Assembly (NCBI GenBank): GCA_025201805.1
Contig: MU619279.1
Coordinates: forward strand, 62,001 to 126,000
Reading direction: 5' to 3'
Length of the DNA stretch: 64,000 nt
Source of the DNA: Parasitella parasitica NRRL 2501
Taxonomy: Eukaryota; Fungi; Mucoromycota
Of the stretch, positions 27,273 to 38,766 are shown piece after piece. Position numbers and translations under genes: made by a program. A model generated the notes under the pieces. It made no database searches and was not told where the DNA came from. It saw only the letters and a list, made by a program, of their open reading frames with translations. The first letter of the stretch is position 1; each line of letters starts with the position of its first letter.

Positions 27273-29903
27273 ATGAGCATTACATCGCCAATCTACAAGG
27301 TTCTGATAGCAAACCGTGGCGAGATTGCCTGTAGAGTTATTCGTACCTGCAAAAGATTAGGTATTGCCACCGTTGCTGTTTATTCTGACAGGTAATTCCT
27401 CATTACGCAAGTACCCTCCAGAATCTAATCCAATTCCGCTGCAAACAGTGATGAAAATGCACCATTCGTCAAGATGGCTGATGAAGCCTATCATATCGGG
27501 CCCTCAATTGCATCAGAGTCGTACCTGAATGGGGAAAAGCTAATTGCTGTTGCAAAGATATCTGGAGCCGATGCTCTGCATCCTGGTTACGGATTCTTGT
27601 CTGAAAATGCCGATTTTGCCGATCAAGTGATTGATGCTGGTATCAATTTCATCGGTCCATTACCCACCAATATTCGTGTCATTGGCGATAAGATTGCAGC
27701 CAAGGTTTTTATTGCTGAAAATGCTTCATCTATCCCATTGATCCCGGGCTACAATGGCACGGATCAATCTGTAAGTAGATTAGAAACGGAAGCCAAAAGA
27801 ATTGGTATGTATACTATATTTTGAACGATGGATTTGTTCCTAATTGGCCGTCTTTCATGCAGAATTCCCTGTTCTTTTGAAAGCAAGTGCAGGCGGTGGT
27901 GGAAAAGGCATGAGAGCAGTATACGAGACTAGCAAGTAAACTAATTTTATATACTTGACATGTTCATTTGCCCTAACGAAAGAAAAAACAGATTAAAAGA
28001 AGAAATCGAAGCCGCGCAAGGCGAATCACTCCGTGCATTTGGCTCTGACCAGCTTCTGATTGAAAAATACTTTGAGAGCATTCGCCATGTTGAGGTAAAC
28101 ATATATATGCATATTCATTGAAATTAGTCAGCGCGTGGAAAAAAAAATTGATTCAACCCATATGATATATATATATATATATATATGTTTACCAGATACA
28201 AATCTTTGGAGACAAGTATGGCAATGTTTATCACATCAATGAACGTGATTGTTCAATTCAAAGAAGACATCAGAAAGTTGTAGAGGTAAGTTCCCCACAT
28301 TGTAAACGTCTTTTGTCATTTGCTTTGAACCTAATATGGCAATTTATGTTTTAGGAAACACCTTCGCCAGCCCTGGATACCGAGCTTCGTGCTGCCATGA
28401 CAAGTGCAGCTGTTGAATTGGGCCGTAAATTAGGCTATGTCGGCGCTGGCACCGCTGAATTCATTCTGGTATAGTATACAGGTCTTTGTGTCATGTCACA
28501 GCAGCTGTTATTCACGCCTTTTTTTTTTTTTTTTTTTTTTTTNNNNNNNNNNAGGATGAACACACAAAAAAGTTCTACTTTTTAGAACTGAATACTCGTC
28601 TTCAAGTTGAGCATCCGATCACCGAAGCTATCTCTGGTTTAGACCTCGTTGAACTCCAATTACTAGTTGCTCAGGGTGCCAACCTTAAAGATTTGGGTGT
28701 CTTGGATAACATCCAGTACAATGGCCATGCTATTGAGGTTAGATTATGCGCGGAAGATCCAGATAATGACTTTGGCCCCAGAACAGGCGTTATTCATAAA
28801 TGGAGCCCTGCTGATGCTGCTAAATACATTCCTGGCGTTCGTTTCGATACAGGTGTCGAAGACGGCTCTGAAATCTCCATCTTTTATGACTCCATGGTAG
28901 CCAAGGTCATTGTCCACGCTCCTTCCCGCGCTGAAGCAGTTCGCCGCATGAGTGCTGTCTTGGCTAGAACTGTGATTGTAGGCGTTACTACCAACCAAAA
29001 GTTCTTGATCAGCATCATGAACAACCCCCGTTTCCAGTCGGGCACATTTGACACAAACTTTATTCAGCAAGAAAGGGAACGTCTCTTCCCTGCTCCTCAT
29101 CCAAGCGATGTCAAGAACAGCATGGTAGCTGCTCTCTTGTTTGATTGGACTGTGCGTCGTAGCCAGCAAGTTCATCTCAGGAACATCCAAACTGGTTGGC
29201 GCAATGTCAAATGGCGCAACAAGCGCATTGATTTTGCCGTCAACCATGGCCGCGAATTTCAGATCCAATACGATTATTTGGGCCAACCTGGAAATGATAA
29301 ACGTCATGTATTCAGGGCCCAAGTATTGGATAAAGAAGATGCGCAACCAGGCGAAGATGTCGGTGACTTGCCCATTGAAATTGTGCTCTTTGAGAATGAT
29401 CTAGGCAAGCAAGTAGTTGGTCCAAGAGGCATTCAAGGATGCAAAGGCCTATTGCGTTGCACCATTGGTAAGTATGCGTGTGTCATTTCCAGTACGCTCC
29501 ATTTCTAACTCGTTTCCTGCAATCAACAGACGGTGCTCAGCAACACTTTTACGTTGCTGAAGATGTAAAAGACGTCAATGAAAAATCTGTGTTTGTGCAT
29601 GATTTTGTCCGTGGCCATCAAGTTGAATTAGTTAAATTAGATCGTCTCAAGAGCAAGTCTGCCGCTGCTGAAGATGACAGAGTGACACCCTACACATCTT
29701 CGATGCCTTGTCGTGTACTCAAGGTCCTCGCTCCAAGTGGCACTATTGTTAAGAAGAACACTCCCCTGCTATCCATTGAATCGATGAAAACCGAAGTGAA
29801 AATTCTTAGTCGTCATGATGGTGTTGTTACTATGAGAGTCGAAGAGGATCAGCTGATTGATGCCAGAGTGCTTTTGTGTTCTGTCGATAATGTAAACAAG
29901 TAA
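27273..29903 (+). CDS. Biotin-dependent acyl-CoA carboxylase alpha subunit (biotin carboxylase plus BCCP; MCC/PCC-like)
   Basis: [55 protein letters not shown] and YDSMVAK, with biotinyl motif ESMKT. An N-gap lies in an intron at 28543-28552. Confidence 0.93.
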
Positions 29904-29962
29904 AGAAGCACTTGCAACTTGGAATAAAAATTTATTTTATAAGCAGCAATCGTTTTTTTTTT

Positions 29963-30643
29963 TTATACTCTCAAGTTTAACTTGTGCTCCATTGCTGCAT
30001 GTAAATCCAAAGAGTCGGTGGACATGGCAGGATCTGTTGGTTGTTGAGACTGAGTGTTAGCATAAAGGTGGTCTCCCCACATGTAAACCCCCCCCCCGCC
30101 GCATTCATCTTACCATTAAGGAAGTCTTCATAATCAATCATCTCATCTTTACCCATCAAAATGTCTAAATGCATGTTCGAAGAAGGAAGAAGAGGCAAGC
30201 GCTGACGCTATACAATGTCCTGGTTAGTGTCTCTAATTATTACAATATGGCCTTAACACTCTGGGGTACCTTTTCAACTATACTCTTTTCCATCATCATC
30301 TTTACAGGAGCATGCATGCCATAAGCTTGACGCGCTAAATTCAACTTTAACTCCCATTGTGTCTCTTCCCACTATTGATGAATTTAGTACACTTATGTCG
30401 TCTACAGCGGCTATACTGCTTTATTTACTTGATTTAGTCTGTTTTCAAGAGGATGGCCGGGCAAAACTTCTGTCTTGATAGAGCGAGTACCATAACGTAA
30501 AGTATCATGGCCGCCAAATTCGGAGTGAGTAGTATTCAAGGTACTGATAACCTTTTCTGCGTGTGATTCGGGTGCGATGCGGAGAGCCTATACATCAGAT
30601 TAGAGCTTTATTCTAATACAAATGTTGATTTTGTGCATACCAT
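29963..30643 (-). CDS. UMP1: Proteasome maturation factor Ump1/POMP, 5 exons
   Basis: Spliced product M|ALRIAP...HDTLRYG...HPLENRLNQ|WEETQ...YGMHAPVKMMME...SSNMHLDILMGKDEMIDYEDFL...LHAAMEHKL. Confidence 0.92.
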
Positions 30644-32131
30644 GTTATATGAAGGATTTATATTGTGTTTGGTTGCGAAATGAAAAAAGAAGATAGAATG
30701 AATAGCTTCAACATCTGAAGCTATGAACGCTTGCGCGTCTTACCAGTCCCAGTCACCTAACGTAAAGCGTCATGAATTCATTGGACATCTTGACCACAAC
30801 AATCATGCTTGAATGATCCTGATAGCACCATAATGTAATACTATGCACAAATACACACCTTTACGCTTCTAAGCCCTGGTAGCTGTTGATTCGCATTGAA
30901 TTACAAAAATGCTGCAATAGTGTAATCAAAAGGCACTACATCCTATAAGCGACTTGTGACAAATGTTGGTGTTTGACTCTTTTTAATGAGAGATTTCTTT
31001 GAACCGCTACGCTAAATCTTGTCAACATACTCCAATTACGTTAAAATATAAAGCTAATGAATTCATTTGATTATAAATGCATTTTATTCTGGGTATTTTT
31101 TAGCTAGGATTGCAGCTGTATTCTTAAACGTCTTAATTTTCAGTTGTATACAGCTTTGGCTGACCTTGAAAATTAAAATGGATTTTTCAACCATCTGTGG
31201 AAAATTTTCAGAAAATTGGATCGTCGTCAACCGTTTTTACCATATTATAGACGAACTGTCGTTTTGACTAGTAAGAAAAAAATTATTCAAATATGGAGCA
31301 TTGTTTTTTCAGGTGATTACTGTTTTTTTATAAATATTTGTATATGCAAAACATTACTAAAATCCTTTAACGTTAATTTTAACTTTTGGCCAAAAATCAG
31401 AATTTTTAATAATAAATGCAAAAAATTGCCAATGTATATTATACTTTTTGTATATAATATTCATTCTCTCTCTCATTGTTGCATATCAAAATCACTTTTC
31501 AAAGAGAAAAGCTGCATCGTTCAATTTTTGTCGTTTTTCATGAGGGGTCATAAGGGCTTTTAGAAGTGTCGGAGTTTTATGACACAGGCTGAAGGTCCTA
31601 AAGCACGACATGGTCAACTTGGAAGCCAGAGTAAACGGTATAATATAGCTAGTCAAAGCGAATCCATAGCCCTTTGCCTCATCTATATAGCTTATATAGT
31701 TATGAAGATAGCGATGACTTTAGGCTCTTAAAAATGAACAATGGGAATCTCAGTCTACAGCAGGTTAAATCAAAACATTACATATGGCTTTATGGATCGA
31801 AAAAGCTGTTACATACTTAACAACTCCCCCCTCCCAAGGGTTTTGTGAATTAAATAAGAGATATCAGTCAAGATGTTATAAACCAAACAAGGACTATGAA
31901 AATTTCCCACAAGCAAAGTGGTGTCTAGTAGTGTGAGAACTTCTTGGGGAAAATGATGCAGCTCAATTATCTTGGACGTTAAATAGGCACTAATACAACT
32001 GTGTATGATGATATAAAAATTACTTTATAGGACCCACGGGAACCCTCTGGTTTTTTTTTTTTCTGGTTTTTTTTTTTTACTTTATTTTGCTTTATTTTCT
32101 CATCATCACATCATCATCACTCTTCATCAAA

Positions 32132-33073
32132 ATGGGCCCTATTCCTGTATCTATTGTAGACGCACATGTCCATTTCTGGCACCCTGAAAAGGTCAATGTG
32201 TCTTGGGTGAAAGGAAGTGCATTTGATACACACAAAGACGCCATTGAGTACTCGGAAAAGATCAAAACAACACATGTTGAAAAGGCTGTGTATGTGGAGA
32301 CAAATGTCGATTGTTATCACGGTCTAGTGGAAGCGGATTGGATCACACAGTACGCGGAGCAATTGCAATCGACCGAGGTCTTTGGAGGCATAGCTGGCAT
32401 TGTAGCGTTTGCCCCTGTGCACCAAGGTGACCAAGTCGACGGTTACCTGCGTACGTTAATGCGTATCACCAACAGCAGATTGAAAGGAGTTCGCTACTTG
32501 CTCCAGGACCCCACCAAGGATCCTCAGCGGATGTTACACGTCGATTTCGTTCGAGGTGTGCAGCTTCTGGAATTGTATAATCTGAGTTTTGACCTGAATA
32601 TCAGTTGCAATGATGATCCCCAACAGTTTCCCCCATTGAAGACGCTTGTAGCACAGTGTCCCCGTGTCCAATTTGTGCTCGACCACATGGGGAAGCCGCC
32701 GTGCGAGAGTCAGCCTGGCGATGCTAGATTCGAATTTTGGAAAGAGCAGATGCACGATCTGGGCAAATCAGACAATGTGTATTGCAAAGTCTCAGGCCTG
32801 CTCACAGAGTTCAAAGCAGACGACCATAAAACGCAGAGCCAGGTTGAGCAGCTTCTGAGGCCGTTCATTCAGGTGGCCAAGGATGCATTTGGGATTGACA
32901 GGCTCATGTTTGGTGGTGATTGGCCGATTTGCGAGCTATCCAAGCACGGCCTGAAATGGCAGCAATGGCTGGAGATTGTTTGCAACATAGTCAGCAGCTG
33001 GACAGAGGAAGAAAAGGACAAGTTGTTTGTTAGAAATGCCACTCGCTTTTATAAATTGAATCATACCAAGTAA
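32132..33073 (+). CDS. Amidohydrolase-family sugar lactonase (L-fucono/L-rhamnono-lactonase-like), intronless
   Basis: IVDAHVHFW, LKGVRYLLQ, LSFDL, FVLDHMGKP, NVYCKVSG and FGIDRLMFGGDWP. Confidence 0.88.
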   Translation: MGPIPVSIVDAHVHFWHPEKVNVSWVKGSAFDTHKDAIEYSEKIKTTHVEKAVYVETNVDCYHGLVEADWITQYAEQLQSTEVFGGIAGIVAFAPVHQGDQVDGYLRTLMRITNSRLKGVRYLLQDPTKDPQRMLHVDFVRGVQLLELYNLSFDLNISCNDDPQQFPPLKTLVAQCPRVQFVLDHMGKPPCESQPGDARFEFWKEQMHDLGKSDNVYCKVSGLLTEFKADDHKTQSQVEQLLRPFIQVAKDAFGIDRLMFGGDWPICELSKHGLKWQQWLEIVCNIVSSWTEEEKDKLFVRNATRFYKLNHTK

Positions 33074-33211
33074 AGATGTTGTGCTTCTTCTTGCATCATC
33101 TCTGTGTATTCCAATAATTTTTTAATATGCCGACACACTCGCTCGCTTAATTGTTCATGATTGTTATAAATAGCAGCTTTTTACTCTTGATTTACTGCCT
33201 CTTATATTATC

Positions 33212-33925
33212 ATGTCTTACAGCATTATCCATCATTCTGCACCACTATCTGTATACCAGGAAGACGAAAAGAAGGTGAGTATTTTTGGTGATGCGTGTCG
33301 AATCGAGTCAATTAAGCTCTCTCGATGACTAGACAATTTCACTTCATTCGACATCATCGCCAAAGAGACATACCTCTCCTTACCAACCTGAGCTGCCTCC
33401 AACCCCTTCCTCGTCTGCATTCTCATTTCTGGCCAATGACTCTAAGGAATCAATAGGTTAGTATATGTACATATGCTCATGGAGGCTCATAAGGAAGGGT
33501 TTTAACAACGACACATTTACAATGCACAGAACATTTAGATACCACCTCCAATAGATTACCAAACACAACTCACCCTCATTATGGCGCATTGCCCGCATCA
33601 TCAGGTATGTATATGTAACATGTCACAGAATATGACTAAAATGACACCATTTGGCAATCTAGATATCAATTGCATGCAGACTTCATTAACCAGTACAGCA
33701 ACCACCATAAGTCCTAACGACGACGATGAAGGGCTTTATTTATTATGGACACATCAATTGCTAAGAGAAAGAGGATACCAGCCCTCTTCCTGTAAAGTGG
33801 ATGACGATGATGGCTGTAGCGTAGATAGTAGCATTACCGAATTGTCAACATCCGTGCAAAGACCATTGCTGCGGAAATCAACAAACTTCTCAAATTGGTT
33901 GCTATCGTGGTTCCCAGTGTGCTGA
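33212..33925 (+). CDS. Small hypothetical Ser/Pro-rich protein, 4 exons
   Basis: Three canonical GT-AG introns (starting about 33275, 33457 and 33606) join into an open frame ending DDDEGLYLLWTHQLLRERGY...WFPVC. Confidence 0.6.
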
Positions 33926-34225
33926 CTGTAAATGATCCAATAATAAACGATTCTATATTCTGCACCTGACATAACGATGACCTAGCTTGTGTTATCCTTT
34001 TATTTTAACGTATTATTATTATGAATTCCGATAGCTTCATATTTTCGCAATATTAGAGTTCCATCACATATGATGTAAGGTACGTTCAAATACAAAACGA
34101 AAGATTAGGGATTCATATTACAATTTATTTAGCAAATGCTATAGTGGCTCTTTTGGGTAGCTCGATTTTATTTCATTTTAATTTTTTTTATTTTCATGTT
34201 GGAAAACAAAATCAACAAAAATTCC

Positions 34226-34891
34226 TTAGTAGAAGAAACCAAGGATCTTACCACCGGCGTGCTTTTGACGAGCCTCTTCGTGATCCATGATACCAGCAGA
34301 GGTGGTCATGATGAGGTAGCCGAATTGACGGGCAGGCAACAAGCTAGCGGTCCACTTTTCAAGCTCGGGAAGCTTAATGTTGAAACGGGGAGAGATAACA
34401 CCGCACTTGTTGATACGGCCAATAAGTTGGATAACAATCTTACCGGAACGATGATCATCAATCTCCTCAAATTCACCAATGTAACCTAAAAAAAAGGGAG
34501 GAGAATAATATAAGCGATCCGAGAAAAAAATATCCAAGGATTTGGAAATCAAGGTTGAAACAGAAAAAAAGGTAAAATGTATCTTTCAATCATAATGCGC
34601 AACACGGTAATCAGTTGAGCAAGCATGAGAGAAGAGAGTTGTTCTACCGCAGATTTAAAGGCTGAAGCTTGTGGAGAAAGCAAACATCAACTAGTTATAC
34701 TACGGAGGATGTGCGACTGTTTCGAACCATGATTTCAAACCCTTTAGTGATTACATACCGTGCTTTTGCATAACAGACAAGAACTTGACAATGACCTTGG
34801 AAGAGGGACGGATCATGACTTGTCTCTTTCCACGCTTTTCAGCGTTGTTGATGTTGTTCAAACAATCGTTCAAGACGGAAACTCTGACCAT
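34226..34891 (-). CDS. RPS22: 40S ribosomal protein uS8 (S22/S15a)
   Basis: [45 protein letters not shown]|[17 protein letters not shown]...GGKILGFFY. The coding intron spans about 34486-34758. An additional 5'UTR intron spans about 34918-35078 and has a TACTAAC branch point. Confidence 0.98.
34575..34706 (-). ncRNA. Intronic box H/ACA snoRNA, snR44/SNORA36-like
   Basis: On the minus strand, hairpin 1 has lower stem CCGUAG/CUGCGG and upper stem GUUGA-GUUUG/CAAGC-UCAGC. It is followed by H box AGAACA (34640-34645), hairpin 2, and ACA three nt before a U-rich end (34578-34580). The pocket strands UAUAACU and UUUAA are complementary to conserved 18S UUAAA-U-C-AGUUAU. Confidence 0.85.
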
Positions 34892-37101
34892 AGTAAATTA
34901 TGCACGAAAAGAAAATTCTAGCAGCAGTTGCGTGTTAGTATGGCATCCAAATACTTTGTCTTGAAAGATGGAATTCATTAAAGCGGTTTCATGGATACAT
35001 GGACACAAAAGATTATGATAGATGGATGGATGGATGTGTGTGTGAAATAAACAGATGGGAGGTTTTTTTATAGTTTACCTGTTGCAAAGAAGAGGAAGAT
35101 CTACAGTTGTGCTACAAATATACACCAATGTAAACAATCTGTCAAATCTGGAATAAGCCACTATGAGCTGCTGTACTTGTTCCTGTGCCAGTGGATTCCT
35201 GTTAATCTGTTGGAATGTTTCATGTTTGTCCGGAGCCGATTAACCAGCGAGACTATTGAGGTGATCTAAAAGAGCAATGTAAATCACGCTATCTTGAAAT
35301 CAATAGTTACAATCATTGTTTTTTTTAATGTTATATAGTCAACAAGATGCCTTTTATTTATAACTGATCTGAATCAAGATTATAATCAATTTTGATATTC
35401 TCGCTTGCTTGTCTTCGGGTAGTGTAATCATAACTTTTGACATCATTATGCACATAAAATTATTGATTATTTTGCTTCAGGAGATGGAAATGCAGTGAGT
35501 TGATTTCAAAAAAAAAGTGAAAGAATTATCATCTTAAACAATTGGCGAAGTTATTAAACAACGCAAGTACAACCATTTGTATCAACTGCCTGTTTTCGAG
35601 CTGAATACTATTCAGTAGTTCTGGTCTGTTCCAAAGCATATATTAAGGAAGATGCCGAGATTAGATTCCCGCTTCACATCTTTGCAAGGTTTTTTCTCGT
35701 TATTCTTTGAGACGAATTAAAAATTGTTCACATCTCCAATCCATTTATTGGGAAGAATTTTTACGAGGCCTATTTATTTTAAGAGAATGCAACATGATGT
35801 TTTTTCGGGAATACGACTTGAGAAGAAGTGTATTTGTGTCAATCTGTCGATGAAATCAATAAGGCGAAATACGGGAAAATACAGTGTGATACAAAATCAA
35901 AAATGTAACAAACAAACAAAGAGAAGAAGGCATGATGTGTTCTATTATTGATGCTTCAAAAAGGTAGAGAATTTGTTCAAATTCGCTCTTTCCTTTTGAA
36001 ATTTAAATTTTAATCGCTACACACGGATAACTGATAATGCGAATCGACAATTTCCGAAATCGGCCGTATTATGGATACAACTTGTAATATCAGCGTAACT
36101 AATATCCTGCTAGCGATGTGAGCAAGGGTTTCTATCCAACTTCTGTTTGAACACAACTCTATTTTCATTTGTGGGATACATATGTATATATATATATATG
36201 AGCAAATTCCAAAATCTGAAAGGGACGCATGTACAGATAAAGCTCGAATATTCAATTCAAGCCTTAAAAGCATTCAGCCAAATGCATGAACGGCGAAGCT
36301 TCGTATGGATGACACATGAGCAAAACTATAGTTTGCATGATTACTACTATAAGCATATCTTTTATTTCCATCAAGAAAGCTGTATAAAAATATACACAAC
36401 AGAGCTTTTTTTGATATGTTTGATATTAATGTAAATAACTTTTAGCCGCTCAATGGCGATTTACAACGTTCTGAAATCAGCTTTAAAACGGAGACGTCGA
36501 GATATTAATGCACTGGCCATAAATCCCGTTGACGCCCATCTCTTTTTTTTTCCAGCTTGTACAGTTAACCAAAATACTGAAATAGACAATCGACATTATG
36601 TATCATGATAATGTAAATCGCAGCGTTTGAAGCTACTGTTGCTATTCAATATGCCTTTGTTNNNNNNNNNNNNNNNNNNNNNNNNNNNNNNAAAAAAAAA
36701 AAAAAAAAACATCCATAAAAGTGTTACGTATGGCTTGATCCATATCCACAAAAACACATCTTCCTAGTGGTTATATTGGACATGTGATTTATGCATATAT
36801 CCTTCATGTAAGCGTAAAAAGGTATAGGCGATATACGCGAATAGGTGATGAGCGGGGTGACAGATTGACAATTTACTTGGGTGGATAAACGCTGAAGCGC
36901 CATGATGCCACGATCGGATCCACTGTGGATCAAAGATCGAAATGTCTCGAAGCTTGATCTTTGAAACATGCCTAAAGGATTCAATTGGAAACATATAAAT
37001 AAGCCATGCTGCTTCAAGCATATTTTTTTTTCGAACGTATTCCTTCATTCTTTATTTATACTAATACAAGTGTTTTTGCACTATAAACAACCTACTGCAA
37101 A

Positions 37102-38766
37102 ATGTCAGAGCCGAAAATGACAACCACAACTACAAATCCTGCTGAACAACGCAGAACTTCAAACGATAGCGAAGCAAGTACAGTGCATGATACTTTTACT
37201 ATCAATGAGCCTATTCCTCTTCAAGAAGTAGCTTCTTATCGGGAACAAATCCGTGAACAGTTGCCTCCTGGCGTTCTTGCGACAAGAACCTTGTCGATCA
37301 ATCCTTATCCCTCAAAACACACTGATCTGGAAGCTGTCAATTCTCGTATCATGACGCATCAGTCTGAGAAGCGTCCTGTTATGCACTATGTGAATTGGGA
37401 TGTCAACGACCCTGAATGTCCCTACAACTGGGACAGCAAATTACGTTGGACATACACTATCCTGGTAGCTTGTCTTGTCGTGTCTGCTGCTTTCGGTTCT
37501 TCTGTCATCACTGGCAACATCAATGGTGTTGTAGGATCATTTGGCTGCACTGAAGAAGTGGCTATTCTTCAAGTTTCTCTCATGGTTTTTGGCTTCATGC
37601 TCGGCCCTCTTTTGTGGTCTCCTCTCTCTGAGCTGTTTGGTCGAAAGCCGGTCTACGTGATTGCTCTTTTCATCTATGTCATTTTCAATATCCCTTGTGC
37701 TGTTGCAACCAACATCCAGACCGTCTTGGTATGCCGTTTCTTTTGCGGTTTCTTTGCGTCTTGCTCTTTGACGCTTGCTGGTGGCTCCATTTCTGACCTA
37801 TTCCCTACAGAGACTCGTGGTAATGCTATTGCCTACTTTGCTGCTGCTCCCTACGCTGGCCCTGTCTTGGGCCCTATTGTGGGTGGATGGATCTCCGTAG
37901 GCACTGGAGGCTGGAGATGGATCTACTGGGTGAATATGATTTTCGCTGGTGTTATGTGGATTCTGGTCTGTTTCTTGCCCGAGACATACCACCCCAAGCT
38001 TCTTGCTGCTCGTGCGAAACGTATGAGAAAAGAAACTGGCGACCCCACGTACGTTACAGTCGAAGAAGAGTTCCCTGTGCCTGTTTCTGAGCTGGTTCAA
38101 GCTAATTTGGTTCGTCCGTTCATTATGCTTGCCACCGAGCCCATTTTGCTGCTGATGTCTCTTTACATCGCTGTGATTTACGCTTTGTTGTATGCGTTTT
38201 TCTTTGCCTATCCTATTGTGTTCCAAGGTGTTCGTGGCTTCAATGATGGTGAGGTTGGTTTGACGTTTATCGGCGTCATCATTGGCACCTTTTTTGCTCT
38301 GATGGTTACTCCTATCTTTGAAAAGAAATTTAGAGTTGTCGTTCATCAAAAGAACGGTCAGCCAGAACCTGAAGATCGTTTACCTGGTATGATGTTTGCT
38401 GCTCCCTTCATCCCTGTTTCTCTCTTTATTTTCGGTTGGACTTCATTCCCTTGGTGTCACTGGATTGGTGGCTGTATCTCGGGCATCCCATTTGGTTTTG
38501 GTATGGTCATTGTCTACTATGCTGCCAACAATTATATCATTGATTGTTTCCCTCGTTATGTTACCTCTGCGTTGGCTGCAAAGACACTCATCCGTTCAGG
38601 CTCAGGCGCCGCCTTCCCTCTCTTCATCAATCAAATGTACGCTCGTTTGAACAATCAATGGGCCAGTACCTTGCTTGCTTTCATCTCAATTGCCATTCTG
38701 CCTATTCCTTTCTGCTTCTACAAGTGGGGCGCCAGCATTCGCGCCAGATCAAAGAGTGCCTCTTAG
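37102..38766 (+). CDS. MFS drug:H+ antiporter DHA1 family (TPO/FLR1-like), intronless
   Basis: WDVNDPECPYNW, GPLLWSPLSELFGRKPVY, GPVLGPIVGG, LPETY and PEPEDRL. Confidence 0.95.
   Translation: MSEPKMTTTTTNPAEQRRTSNDSEASTVHDTFTINEPIPLQEVASYREQIREQLPPGVLATRTLSINPYPSKHTDLEAVNSRIMTHQSEKRPVMHYVNWDVNDPECPYNWDSKLRWTYTILVACLVVSAAFGSSVITGNINGVVGSFGCTEEVAILQVSLMVFGFMLGPLLWSPLSELFGRKPVYVIALFIYVIFNIPCAVATNIQTVLVCRFFCGFFASCSLTLAGGSISDLFPTETRGNAIAYFAAAPYAGPVLGPIVGGWISVGTGGWRWIYWVNMIFAGVMWILVCFLPETYHPKLLAARAKRMRKETGDPTYVTVEEEFPVPVSELVQANLVRPFIMLATEPILLLMSLYIAVIYALLYAFFFAYPIVFQGVRGFNDGEVGLTFIGVIIGTFFALMVTPIFEKKFRVVVHQKNGQPEPEDRLPGMMFAAPFIPVSLFIFGWTSFPWCHWIGGCISGIPFGFGMVIVYYAANNYIIDCFPRYVTSALAAKTLIRSGSGAAFPLFINQMYARLNNQWASTLLAFISIAILPIPFCFYKWGASIRARSKSAS

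Noticed and set aside
30950-31620. AT-rich intergenic segment as a possible MITE, with ORFs 31067-31563
   Set aside because: Only weak, imperfect inverted similarity and no target-site duplication. The ORFs have non-coding composition.
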